This document shows positions 52,031 to 63,790 of a stretch of DNA of 64,000 bases, piece after piece (the stretch's first letter is position 1; each line of letters opens with the position of its first letter). The notes under the pieces were generated by a model, which saw only the letters and a program-made list of their open reading frames with translations, did not search any database and was not told the origin of the DNA. Position numbers and translations under genes: made by a program. Source of the stretch: Octopus sinensis (taxonomy: Eukaryota); assembly GCF_006345805.1 (NCBI RefSeq), contig NC_043003.1, forward strand, positions 22,878,001-22,942,000, read 5' to 3'.

Positions 52031-52303
52031 ATTATTATTATTACTTTTTTTGTCTTCTTTCAAATTTGCTTTCATTTCTTGCCGAGTGTCTTCCCGACTC
52101 CTAGGGCAAAGAAACTCATAGTATACATTGGTAGGCCATTAAACCAAACTCAATAGTTCGTTCATTTAAAAAAAATCTTTTTTTTTTTTTTTAAGTTAAA
52201 TTAAAATACATGAGCAGCAACAGTTCTCACATCGACAATGCTCTTCTCAATACGTGTGATGTACCGGTTAAGACAATCTTTTGCACTTCTTTTATTATTA
52301 TTA

Positions 52304-52353
<50 letters not shown>

Positions 52354-52354
52354 A

Positions 52355-52985
52355 AGGCGGCGAACTGGCAGAAATGTTAGCACGCCGGGCGAAATGCGTA
52401 GCCGTATTTCGTCTGCCGTTACGTTTTGTGTTCAAATTCCGCCGAGGTCGACTTTGCCTTTCATCCTTTCGGGGTCGATAAATTAAGTACCAGTTACGCA
52501 CTGGGGTCGATATAATCGACTTAATCCGTTTATCTGTCCTTGTTTGTCCTCTCTGTGTTTAGCCCCTTGTGGGTAGTAAAGAAATAGGTATTTCGCCCAT
52601 CGCTACGTTGTGAGTTCAAATTCCGCTTCGGGGTCGATAAATTAAATACCAGTAAAACACTGCGGTCGATGTAATCGACTTAACCTCTCACTAACAATGT
52701 CAAGACTTGTGCCTATAACAGAAATGATTATCATTATTATTATTATTATATTATTATTATATTATTATTAAAGCCGTGATCTGGCAGAATCATTATCATT
52801 AGCACGCTGGACGAAAGGCTTAGCGGTATATCGCCTGTCGATACGTTCTTAGTTCAAATTACGCCGAGGTCGACTTTGCCTTTCGGGGTCGGTTAGAAAA
52901 AGTATCAGTGAAACACTGGGTCGATGTAAATCGACTTAACCCCCTGCCCCAAGCTGCTGTTGTGGCCAAAATTAAAAATTATCAT
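52355..52985 (+). mobile_element. SINE group A copies within (ATT)n (dimer 52355-52730, monomer about 52770-52985)
   Basis: Heads, cores and tails. Confidence 0.88.
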
Positions 52986-53006
52986 TATTATTATTATTAT
53001 TATTAT

Positions 53007-53511
53007 TGAGTGAGAGAGCAGTGCATGCCATCAAAGTGACGCTGGGGTAAAATATACGAAGCCCAATATACCCACCATGACTACCCGTCTAATAAAGGTA
53101 CACCAGGCACATGCATCACAACCATATGTGCGCGACATGGTGATCTCATATCAAGATAAACAGCACATGACCTTGCAGGTGGGGCCCAGTTAGAACTTTC
53201 TTCAGGTTGAGTAGCCCATCCCGCTCAAAAGGTCCCTGAATAAGGGTTGTTTAAGGATGTTGAAAGAACCACCCATGTTTCCACAGGTGAATTATTCAAA
53301 CCCCAAAGAATCCCTCTCAACACATGGCTATGATGCTCCCCCACTACTTCTGCTCGTGATCAGAGATGCACCAATCGTCAGCCACTAAGGGACATGCTCA
53401 ACTGGTTAAGGTCAAACAACTGACAAGCAAATCTGTGGTATTGAGCAGAATATTTGCTGTAGCCCATCTTTTATACCAAGACAAAACAATGTACATGATA
53501 ACACTTCCAAT
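53007..53511 (-). mobile_element. (AAT)n-associated family, copy lacking the first ~50 bp
   Basis: Flanked by (ATT)n on both sides. Confidence 0.85.
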
Positions 53512-53946
53512 TATTATTATTATTATTATTATTATGATTATTATTATTATTATTATTCGACAACATGACGTTTTTTTTACTGATCCAGGAACAATTGAAA
53601 GCAATGACGGTCTCTTTGGGATTTGAATGTACATAGATACGACCAACCCTTTAGCATTCAGATGACTCAGTAAAATGTAATGCTTATTCTACTTACATTG
53701 CATCGAAGTAACCCTGTACTATCTCATAGCTTCAGGAATTCGATGACGTGATTGTTTACTTTTAGAATAACACTAGACTACTCGTGACCCAGTGAGTCAC
53801 TGACGGTTCAGGCTATAAAACATTGAAGCTGGTTTCAACATTGCATGGAAATGAAAGTTGATTTTATAATGATTCAGTTAAATATTTCAATTCGTTCGTT
53901 TCATCATAGGCATGATTTACAAGTTCATGTTTAGGTTTTATTAATT

Positions 53947-54484
53947 ACTAGCAGTACAGCCCGGCGTTGCTCGGGTTTGTTTTTTAGTTGCGCTTAAAAC
54001 AGCAGACTTTGATGTCACGATAACAAAGTTTTGACATAGTTTCAATCTGAATGTGCTGCAAATGTGTAATGCCGACTTCAATTGTTGGTATTGTTGATTA
54101 ATATTCCTTCTATTAACATTATGGAGAAAAAAAATTACCCGTAGATTTAAAGCAAAATAAAGCTCAAGTTTCGAACTGCACTGAAAATCTATTAAGAAGT
54201 TAACACTGCAACTATATTCATTAAGAAAAAGTACACAGTAGTCAAAAAATCGTAAAAAATCGGTATTTTCATAGAGAAAAAGCACCTTTTGATGTAAATA
54301 ATTTTTACCTTAACATGGTCCGATTTAAATTTTTTCTTCTACAGAAGGAAGAGCAAGCCTTCTTCTATCGTACCCTCAATTTTGGTCAACTTGCTCCGCA
54401 TGGTCTCGGAGGAGATAGTGTTAGTTGAAGGCTACCAAACCTGCCACACACACACACAACTTCAGCTTTATAGATATATAAGAT
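53947..54484 (+). mobile_element. Helentron-associated (HINE/DINE-1/Lep1-like) non-autonomous element
   Basis: 5' ACTAG..GCCCGGCGTTGCTCGGG hairpin-like start. The 3' end has (CA)n then AACTTCAGCTTTATAGATATATAAGAT. Confidence 0.65.
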
Positions 54485-54599
54485 TTACAGCATCTAATAG
54501 AAATAGAACTTCAAGGATAAACTTGAACTCCAGTAACAGCATTTATTTATGTCATATGTGCACACTTCTTCGAAAATGCAAAGGGAATTATTATAAACA

Positions 54600-54885
54600 T
54601 AAAATTAATGGAAACAATTTTCCCATTTTATGATTATGTTACTTTCGGAGTATTTTCCCATTACACACCGTTTTGCCTATTTATGACGGTACCAATAAAA
54701 CCGGGTATCTTGGGAATCTATGATCCGATTTGCGCGAAACTTGTTTCATTCCATTTATATTCACATTTTAAGGGTGACTTACTTTCAGAGTATTTTCCCA
54801 TTATGCGCCGGTTTGGCTTTATCAGATTACAGACAGGCACGCACGCAAGCAAGCAAACAACCACAAAGTTTTAGTAGTATATAGA
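54600..54885 (+). mobile_element. Second HINE-like 3' portion
   Basis: CAGACAGGCACGCACGCAAGC microsatellite then TTTTAGTAGTATATAGAT, plus an internal direct repeat TTACTTTC.GAGTATTTTCCCATTA. Confidence 0.4.
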
Positions 54886-55499
54886 TTGTATGACATGTGT
54901 GAAAGGCTTGATCTGGCTGGGTTCGACATAAAACAGGCAGAATATTTGGACCGGATTTCTTCGGTCTGAATGTTAAAGTGCTAAATACTGCATGACTTGT
55001 TTTAATATGACAAAATACTACTACAACTACTGCTACTACTACAAATACTACTGATGATGATAATAATTGGGATGAGGAGGAGGCTGAAGGGAAAATTTCG
55101 TCTCATAATTAGGAAAAACTTTTATAAACATTAACATGATTTCTTTTAGGAGTGCAGTTTAATAAAACCCCTGCTTTCTACATTTTTGTTTGTTTTTAGC
55201 ACATTTGTGCAAAATATAAGATGTGACTGGACTCGAATGCAGTTACTCTGGGCTGGGGGAGAAACAAATATATTTTCCACGTAGGTGATCTAAGGTTATA
55301 CGCCTCAAATACTAAGCAACTACATACACGCTGCCGTATATTCCGCTGTGATTTTATGAGATTTATGCGAGAAAATTTCCTAAGGCAATCCTGATGAGAA
55401 GAAAATTAATTGAATATACGAATGTTATGTTAGATAAATTAGCTGAAGAGAATTAGACGAAACAAAGACCTACAAATACTAAGGAAATAATGGCCTAAA

Positions 55500-55990
55500 T
55501 AATGGACAACACACGCTGATGAAAGACAAATCTAGAAGGAATATTATAGACGCATTAGATTAATACTTAAACTTGAGATTTATGCAAAAATAGATATTAG
55601 GTACCAATACTCTTACTGTTACAATAACTGACTGTAATATTCTCAGACGGACATGTGACGGCAAGTCGAGACATTAATACTATCGGAGAAATAAGTTATG
55701 ATATTCGCTACAAGAAGTTAAATAGCATTTCGGTAGAGAACATATGTAAAGACAATAATTCTTATGTATGGAAACTGAAAGATTATTTTTACTGCTAACG
55801 TAAAAGGCAGACATTCAGCTACTCCTAAAAAAGTATTATAAAAGAACCTGCCGTAGAAGTACTGAAATATTTAAAGAAAAAAATGGAAAATAATACAAAA
55901 CCATATTCTGTCTTCAAGTAAGACAAAGAACACGAAATAGAAGCTAAACTAGCAGGCAAGTATGATGGGAAAAGAGAAACAATCACAAAA
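55500..55990 (+). pseudogene. R4/Dong-like LINE post-RT region fossil
   Basis: Frameshifted KEYYRRIRLILKLE..AK/GTNTL..KADI. This resembles the KEYYRR..LN.KN...INT....HPKADV region of R4-clade ORFs. Confidence 0.55.
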
Positions 55991-56001
55991 GTCTTAACCA
56001 G

Positions 56002-56392
56002 AGGCGCAGGAGTGGCTGTGTGGTAAATTGTTTGCTTACCAACCACATGTTCCGGGTTCAGTCCCACTGCGTGGCACATTCGGCAAGTGTCTTTTATTAT
56101 AGCTTCGGGCCGACCAAAGTCTTGTGAGTGGATTTAGTAGACGGAAACTGAAAGAAGCTCTTCGTATATATGTATATATAGATATATGTATGCGTGTGTA
56201 TATGTTTGTTTGTCTGTGTTTGTCCCCTCAACATCGCTTGACAACCGATGCTGGTGTGTTTACTTCCCCGTAACTTAGCGGTTCGGCAAAAAAGATCGAT
56301 ATAATAAGTACCAGGCTTACAAGAATAAGTCCTGGGGTCTATTTCATGACGGAAACAAGTAAAAGAGTAAAAGGAGTATAATTTAGAACGAA
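56002..56392 (+). mobile_element. SINE group B, near full length
   Basis: Head, linker and tail. Confidence 0.9.
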
Positions 56393-57313
56393 ACCACAGG
56401 ATGGCCGGAAGTTTGCAATACTGACGGAGACGCACAAGACCCAATTGGACAGGAACACGAAAATCAGTGCAGCAGATATTGTTGTCAGTCAGAGAAACAA
56501 ATACACCCCAAACAAAATAACACTCGTAACTACAGTAATATTGCAAATTCCTGGAAAATAAGTTTATAATCTCTTTGTTTCTAGAAACTGTACAATCATG
56601 CAAAAAATAACCAAACCCACCTGTCGTTATTTTGAAAGATATGTCGCTGTCTTTTCAGAGATTGCAAACAATGTACACATAAGTACACTACAATTGTAAT
56701 CCTCCTGAAAGAGGGAATTCTGTGTTGGCGTAAGCACTCAAACAAAACACTCGTGAACAAACATTGATCAATGGCTTGTGAATGAATTTAGTAGACATGT
56801 ATGTATACCTATACATACCCCACCGCCCCCATGCAAACAGACACATATTTATATATATGAATTTATGTGTATAGATATACGTATATGTACACATGTATGT
56901 ATGTATCTTTCTGTCTATCTGTCTGTCTGTCTGTCTGTATCTATGTATATGTCTGTCTGTATGTATATATGTCTGTATGTCTGTCTGTATGTATGTATGT
57001 ATGTATGTATGTATCTATCTATCTATCCATCTATCTATCTATCTATGTCTCTTTCTCACCGCTTGATATTGATGCTGGTTTCTTTGCACTGTTGTAATTT
57101 TTCCATATGTGCATGCGAATGTGTTTCTATATGTACACACACACGTGCACACACACACACGTGCATACACACACGTACACACATACATACACACAGATAT
57201 ATATATATATATATATAACATTAGGGAGTATAACTCCAAACTTACAGGGAAAAATTCAATTTAGTAGTAAATCAAATTTCACTATATAAATATATAATAT
57301 ATAATATATATGA

Positions 57314-57578
57314 ATTAGAGAAAAATCACTATTATGTAATTCAAACAATGATAGACACAAACCAAATCATAAAGAAAAAATAAAATATATCATAAAACAT
57401 ATAACTAGATCACAAAAAGTACAAAAAAATGAATAAAAATGAATATGAGTAAAAAGACATTCATTTTTTGTACTTTTTGTGATCTAGTTATATGTTTTAT
57501 GATACATTTTATTTTTTCTTTACGATTTGGTTTATGTCTATCATTGTTTGAATTACATAATAGTGGGATTTTTCTAAT
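57314..57578. repeat. AT-rich inverted repeat (~120-bp arms, 24-bp spacer)
   Basis: 57314-57434 versus 57459-57578, with few substitutions. Confidence 0.9.
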
Positions 57579-57579
57579 A

Positions 57580-58873
57580 TGAGGGACGTTCAATAAGTAA
57601 TGCCCCTGACCCACTTGCAATTCCTTGATCTAGCTGAAATTTTGCATGTGCAATTATTTATATCTCTATAAATGAAGTGGCAAATTACAGCTCTGAACTA
57701 ATTGTGGTTTCTGATTTACTGGTGTTTGAACTGAGTCAAGTGTGAAATGGAGCCTGTTGAGTGTCGAGCAGTGATCCGGTTTTTGTATTTGAAAGGACGC
57801 ACACCACGGGAGACTTTTGATGAAATGAAAGTAACTTATGGTGATGATGCCCGATCATATGACTTTGTAAAATGCTGGCATCGTGAATTCAAACATGGTC
57901 AAAACTCTGTGTAAACAGCTCCCAGATCTGGTCGCCCCCACTTCTGCCATTGATGAGGCATCTGTCCGTCAAGTTGAGGCTGCCATTTTGGAAGATCGAC
58001 GCATAACTATTCGCCAAATAGCCCATGAGGTCAAGATTAGTACCGGGTCTGTGGAAACTATCATTCATGACCATTTGCATATGCAAAAAGTGTCTGCCAG
58101 ATAGATTCCCAGGTTGCTCACACCTTTCCAGAAGCAAGAACGTGTCGAGAGCTCGAGGATGAATTTGGAGATGTGCTAAGAAGATGAGTCAAAATTTTTC
58201 AAAAGACTGATTACACAGGATGAAACCTGGGTCCATCACTATGATCCAGAGACCAAAGCCCAGTCAATGCAGTGGAAGCACCGTGACTCACCTCCTCCAA
58301 AGAAGGCAAGGGTGCAGCCCTCCGCTGGCAAGGTCATGTTCACAGTCTTCTGGGACCAGGACGGAGTAGTGATGACAGATTTCTTGGCAAAGGGTACCAC
58401 AATTACAGGAGCCTATTATGCTTCACTTTTGAGGAAATTAAGAGAAGCTATCAAAATCAAGAGTCGGGGCAAGATCAGCAAAGGTATCCTCCTCCTGTAG
58501 GACACTGCTCCGGTCCACAACTCGCATGTCGCCAGATCAGAAGCACGGACGTGCGGATATGAACTCCTCTCCCATCCCTCCTACTCTCCTGACCTTGCAC
58601 CCTCTGATTTTCACCTCTTCTCAGCCATGAAGTTGTTTTTGAAAGGAAAGCGTTTCCCAGATGATGCAGCCTTGATTTCTGAAGTACCGTCGTGGTTAGA
58701 GGACCAAGCTGGGGTCTTCTACAAAAACGGTCTCCAGAGCTGCATCAAAGGATGGGAGAAATGCGTAACTCTGGGAGTTTCCTATGTAGAAAAAGACTAA
58801 TAACTGTGCCAAGTTTAGTTGCTCTACTGCTATGAGAAGTGGGTCAGAGGCATTACTTATTGAACGCCCCTCG
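57580..58873 (+). mobile_element. Full-length mariner (DD34D) transposon, 1,294 bp
   Basis: 37-bp TIRs at 57580-57616 and 58837-58873 (34/37 matching). TA at 57578-57579 and 58874-58875. Confidence 0.96.
57747..58800 (+). pseudogene. mariner transposase pseudogene
   Basis: MEPVECRAVIRFL..RSGRP..KVSAR*IPR..TQDETWVHHYDPE..DTAPVH..YSPDLAPSD with a D34D spacing. Stops at 57912, 58102, 58177 and 58498, and one +1 frameshift near 57936-57939. Confidence 0.95.
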
Positions 58874-58879
58874 TATATA

Positions 58880-58911
<32 letters not shown>

Positions 58912-59003
58912 TTCAACAATTGAGGGTAAAATTAATTAATTAATCAATTTCACCAAGTATTCAGTATGCAAAGGGACCAATTAAGGCGAATTCAAATTAT
59001 TAC

Positions 59004-59285
59004 ATTATATAAAAGGGCTTAGTAAAATAAATTACTTTGCCGCATACTGAACTCATTAGAAATAGCAGCTAAAAAAAACTTTTTTAAAGCTATTTCTAAT
59101 ACTTAAAGAAACCTCTCTCATATAGTGTTTGCTCAATTCAACTCACGAAAGTGAGTTGAATTGAGCAAACACTATATGAGAGAGGTTTTCTTTAAGTATT
59201 AGAAATAGCTTTAAAAAAGTTTTTTTTAGCTGCTATTTCTAATGAGTTCAGTATGCGGCAAAGTAATTTATTTTACTAAGCCCTT

Positions 59286-59293
<8 letters not shown>
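59004..59293. repeat. Near-perfect palindrome, ~143-bp arms with a GAAA loop
   Basis: Loop at 59147-59150. By eye the arms differ only by two single-base homopolymer indels. Confidence 0.95.
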
Positions 59294-59355
<62 letters not shown>

Positions 59356-59366
59356 CACACACATAC

Positions 59367-59617
59367 AGGCGTCACTGTTGTGTAAGCAGCCTGTTTCCCA
59401 ACCACATGGTTCCAGATTCGCTCCCAATACGAGGTATCTTGGGCTACTGATTTTACTTTAGCCTCGGACCAGCCAAAACCTTGCAAGTGGACATGGTTGA
59501 CGGAAACTGAAATATTTTTTGCATTACAACTCACAACGTGGGGATAACCGAAATTCTCCTCCTCCCTTTTTCTTACTATACACACACACAGACACACACA
59601 ACACAACACACACACAC

Positions 59618-59648
<31 letters not shown>

Positions 59649-59850
59649 CGCACACGCATGTGTTCGTCCCCCACCGCTTGACAACCGATTTACGTCCCCG
59701 AAACTTTGCAGTTTGGGAAAACAGACGGATAGAATAAGTACCAGGCTTAAAACTAAAGAAGTGCTGGGTTCGATTCATTGGAATAAAATTTCTCCAAGGC
59801 GGTGCCCCAGCATGGCCACAATCTAACCGCTGAAACACGTAAAAGTTTAA
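59367..59850 (+). mobile_element. SINE group B, diverged, with expanded linker
   Basis: Head, linker and tail. Confidence 0.75.
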
Positions 59851-60012
59851 AATATGTATATACAAATATATACGAAAAATAATACATAAATGTATGCAAA
59901 GATAAACAGAAATACTGAAGTATACTTCAAGAAAGAGACTTATGAAAATTACTTGTATTATCACATAAAATATACACGCATTGCAGCATTTACAGGAATC
60001 AACGGTAAACCT

Positions 60013-60420
60013 AGGCGTAGGTGTGGCTGTGTGGTAAGTAGCTTGCTTACCAACCACACGGTTCCGCGTTCAGTTCCACTGCCTAGCATCTTGGGCAAGT
60101 GTCTTCTACTATAGCTTCGGGCCGACCAAAGCCTTGTGAATAGATTTGGTAGACGGAAACTGAAAGAAGCCCGTCGTTTATATGTATATATGTATGTATG
60201 TGTGTGTGTGTATTGTTGCGTGTCTGTGTTCGTCACCCCCAACATTGCTTGACTACCGATGCTGGTGTGTTTACGTCCCCGTAACTTAGCGGTTCGACAA
60301 AAGAGACCGATAGAATAAGTACTAGGCTTACAAAGAATAAGTCCTGGGGTCAATTTGCTCGACTAAAGGCGGTGCTCCAGTTACATGGCCACAGTTACAT
60401 GACTGAAACAAGAAAAAGAG
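60013..60420 (+). mobile_element. SINE group B, full length
   Basis: Head, linker and tail. Confidence 0.9.
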
Positions 60421-60684
60421 TTAATCTGAAAATATTAAGTAATTACCTGCAGATTACTAATATAGTAGCCAAAGGTAAGTAGTGGAGATTAACTAACTAA
60501 AATGCAAGGGGAAAATATACATGTAATACGTAGAAACTGTACAATCATGCAAAAAAACCACACTCACCTGTCGTTATTTTGAAAGATATGACGCTGTCTT
60601 TTCAGAGATTGCAAACAATGTACACATGAGACAAATTTTTCGGGAGATTAGTATCATTTGGATCCTAATATATATAAAAGATTA

Positions 60685-62294
60685 AGAGCTGGCAGAAACG
60701 TTAGTATGCCGGGCGAAATGCTTAGCGGTATTTCGTCTGCCGTTACGTTCTGAGTTCAATCTCCGCCGAGGTCGACTTTGCCTTTCATCCTTTCGGAGTC
60801 GATAAATTAAGTACCAGTTACGCACTGGGGTCGATATGATCGACTTAATCCGTCTGTCTGTCCTTGCTTGTCTCCTCTGTGTTTAGCCCCTTGTGGGTAG
60901 TAAAGAAATAGATATTTCGTCTGCCGTTTTGTTCTGAGTTCAAATTCCGCCGAGGTCAACTTTGCCTTTGATCCTTTCGGGATCGACAAGTTAAGTACCA
61001 GTTGTGTACTGGGGTCGATCTAATCGACTGCCCCCCCCCCCTCACCAAAAAATTCGGGCCTTGGGCCTAGAGTAGAAAACAATATGTATAAAAGATTAAG
61101 GCGACGAGTTGGCAGAAACTTTAGCGCCCCGGGCGAAATGCTCAGCGGAATTTCGTCTATATTTACGTTCTGAGTTCAAATTCTGCCGAGGTCAACTTTG
61201 CCTTTCACCCTTCGGGGCCGATAAAAATAAGTACCAGTTGACAACTAGCATCGATATACTCGATTTACCCCCGTCCCGAACTTGCTGGCTTTCTGACAAA
61301 ATTTGAAACTAATATATACAATAGAGCACAGTTTGTAGCATTAAAAATCATTGCTAGATATATGTATTATTGACTTTATGAAAGTAGTGAGTATTATATA
61401 ATTTGCAAATCTTGGCACAAGGCCCGCAATTTCGGAGGAGCGGGTAAGTCGATTACATGGACATAAGTTCTCAACAGGTACTTGTTTCATCGACTCCGAA
61501 AGGATGAAAGTCAAAGTCGACTTCGGGGGAATTTGGACTCAGAACATAAAAACAGATGAATTACCTATTTCTTTACTACAAACAAGGGCAGACACACGGT
61601 TTAAGTCGATTATATCGACCCCAGTGCGTAACTGGTACTAATTTAATCGATCCCGAAAGGATGAAAGGCTAGGTCGACCTCGGCAGAATTTGAACACAGA
61701 ACGTAACGACAGACGAAATACCGCTAAGCATTTCGCCCGACGCGCCGCCTTAGTACTGACTGTTATACTGAGAAATGGTAATACTAAACCGTTATCAGGA
61801 GGTCTAATTATGTGATATTTAGTATTTAGAGGTATTTAGTTTTTTATATTTGTTATTAACTAAACTGCATTCTTTTAGTTTGATAAATTACTGTTTGCTA
61901 GTGAGATTTCTAGAACTTTACTTGTGCATAAATGACGGTTATACTTTTCTCACTTGTTTTATTCTCAGGGTTGAAAATTCTTCGGTCGTGATATTGATGT
62001 TGATGTCAAATGTTTTGACTTTGAGTCAGAGAAGTGTTTCTGCGACGAATACATTTTTCTTTACTACCCACAAGGGGCTAAACACAGAGGACAAACAAGG
62101 ACAGACAAACGGATTAAGTCGATTATATCGACCACAGTGCGTAACTGGTACTTAATTTATCAAATTCCGCCGAGGTCGAATTTGCCTGAAAGGCTAAGTC
62201 GACCTCGGCGGAATTTGAATTCAGAACATAACGGCAAACGAAATACGGCTACGCATTTCGCCCGGCATGCTAACGTTTCTGCCAGCTCGCCGCC
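60685..62294. mobile_element. SINE group A cluster (plus dimer 60685-61080, plus 61100-61310, minus dimer 61410-61750, minus 62053-62294)
   Basis: Heads, cores and tails. The last copy is flanked by TTCTGCGA(C/A)GAATAC at 62038-62052 and 62295-62309. Confidence 0.88.
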
Positions 62295-62384
62295 TTCTGC
62301 GAAGAATACCTGATTTTGAAAATAATTCGATGACGAGAGTCCATATTTTGGAATCCCATTGTAGATAATACCATTACAACTATC

Positions 62385-62598
62385 TCTTTCTCTTTTACTC
62401 TTTTACTTGTTTCAGTCATTTGACTGCGGCCATGCTAGAGCACCGCCTTTAGTCGAGCAAATCGACCCCGGGACTTATTCTTTGTAAGCCCAGTACTTAT
62501 TCTATCGGTCTCTTTTGCCGAACCGCTAAGTGACGGGGACGTAAACACACCAGCATCGGTTGTCAAGCAATGCTAGGGGGACAAACACACACACACAA

Positions 62599-62633
<35 letters not shown>

Positions 62634-62803
62634 CATATACGACAGACTTCTTTCAGTTTCTGTCTACCAAATCCACTCACAAGGCATTGGTCGGCCCGGG
62701 GCTATAGCAGAAGACACTTGCCCAAGATGCCACGCAGTGGGACTGAACCCGGAGCCATGTGGTTGGTTAGCAATCTACTTACCACACAGCCACTCCTGCG
62801 CCT
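62385..62803 (-). mobile_element. SINE group B, full length
   Basis: Head, (CA)/(TA) linker and tail. Confidence 0.92.
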
Positions 62804-63539
62804 ATATATTACTTTTTCTTCTAAAAAACTAATCATGAAGTCACTGAATGGCAACACTACAATAGATGCTATTGTAGTAACGTTCATATCGATATCACAA
62901 TTATTTAGGGATATTTCCTATAATGTGATAAAAGTTGCAGTACGAAGGGTTATCTTGCCTGATAGCGTAGATGGTAGATATTATATCTGCTATGTCACTA
63001 TCATTGCTATTCACAAAGGGATTACCGTTAATGTTATTGCTACGAGTTTGTCCAACATATGCATAATTAATCAATACGGACACCCATACATCTCTAGCAT
63101 CTTATCAGGAAAGTTCTAAAATCACTATTAGGGCTGACATTAGCCTTATTATTAATAATAATATTCGATCACGGATTATAATTAGTTTTATCAAGATAAT
63201 CATTAATGTCTCTGTAAGTTTTATGATAATTTGTGCCAAGAATGTTATCAGCCATGTTTGGAATAATAAAGGTAGAAAGTTTCACTATACAAGTATTGAA
63301 TATTTGGTGATGTTTTTGTTGTGGAGGGATTCTTTTTTTTATTATGCATAAGAAGCTTTTGTTACGCTGATTTTAATTTGTGAGGAGTATTGAGGATTAT
63401 ATCAGGTTATGTTCCTCTTCCTAGATTTAGATTATTAACGATCAAAACGCCCCCCGTCCAATGGACGGTGCTGAGTTGTCAAACATTTAAACCAAATTTT
63501 CTCAAAACAACTTGTCCGACGTCCCATAGTGTTGAGAAA

Positions 63540-63790
63540 CACTGATTTAACCTAAATTTGAGACACCAGCAAAAGACGGATTTCGACTGATGCACTTGCA
63601 TGTACAAATGCATGTTACCACGGCTTTATCGATCGCATTCTCACCTGGAATTGATTTTTGTAATTTTTCAAGACTTATACACGCCCTGATACCGCCGGTA
63701 TCTACATATCAAATTTGAGCGCAATCAGATGGAGGATGCCCGAGATCCTAGAAGACACACACACAGACTGAACGGATTTTATATAATAGA
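63540..63790 (+). mobile_element. HINE/Lep1-like element 3' portion
   Basis: CAAATTTGAGCGCAATCAGATGG..AGACACACACACAGAC..TTTTATATAATAGAT. Confidence 0.5.

Larger units (their letters stand above)
53645..54982. mobile_element. piggyBac-like MITE split by nested insertions
   Basis: Inverted termini AACCCTTTAGCATTCAGA (53645-53662) and TCTGAATGTTAAAGTGCT (54965-54982). The halves lie at about 53645-53780 and 54886-54982. Confidence 0.45.

Noticed and set aside
53320-53400. HDV-like ribozyme suggested by CACTAAGGGAC
   Set aside because: I could not build P1, P3 and L3 pairings consistent with the double pseudoknot.
56621-56704. In-frame TGA in VYIVCNL*KD read as a CxxU selenoprotein motif, conserved in both duplicated blocks
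   Set aside because: Copy 1 has an upstream TAG in the same frame, no SECIS was found, and the resemblance is only a few residues.
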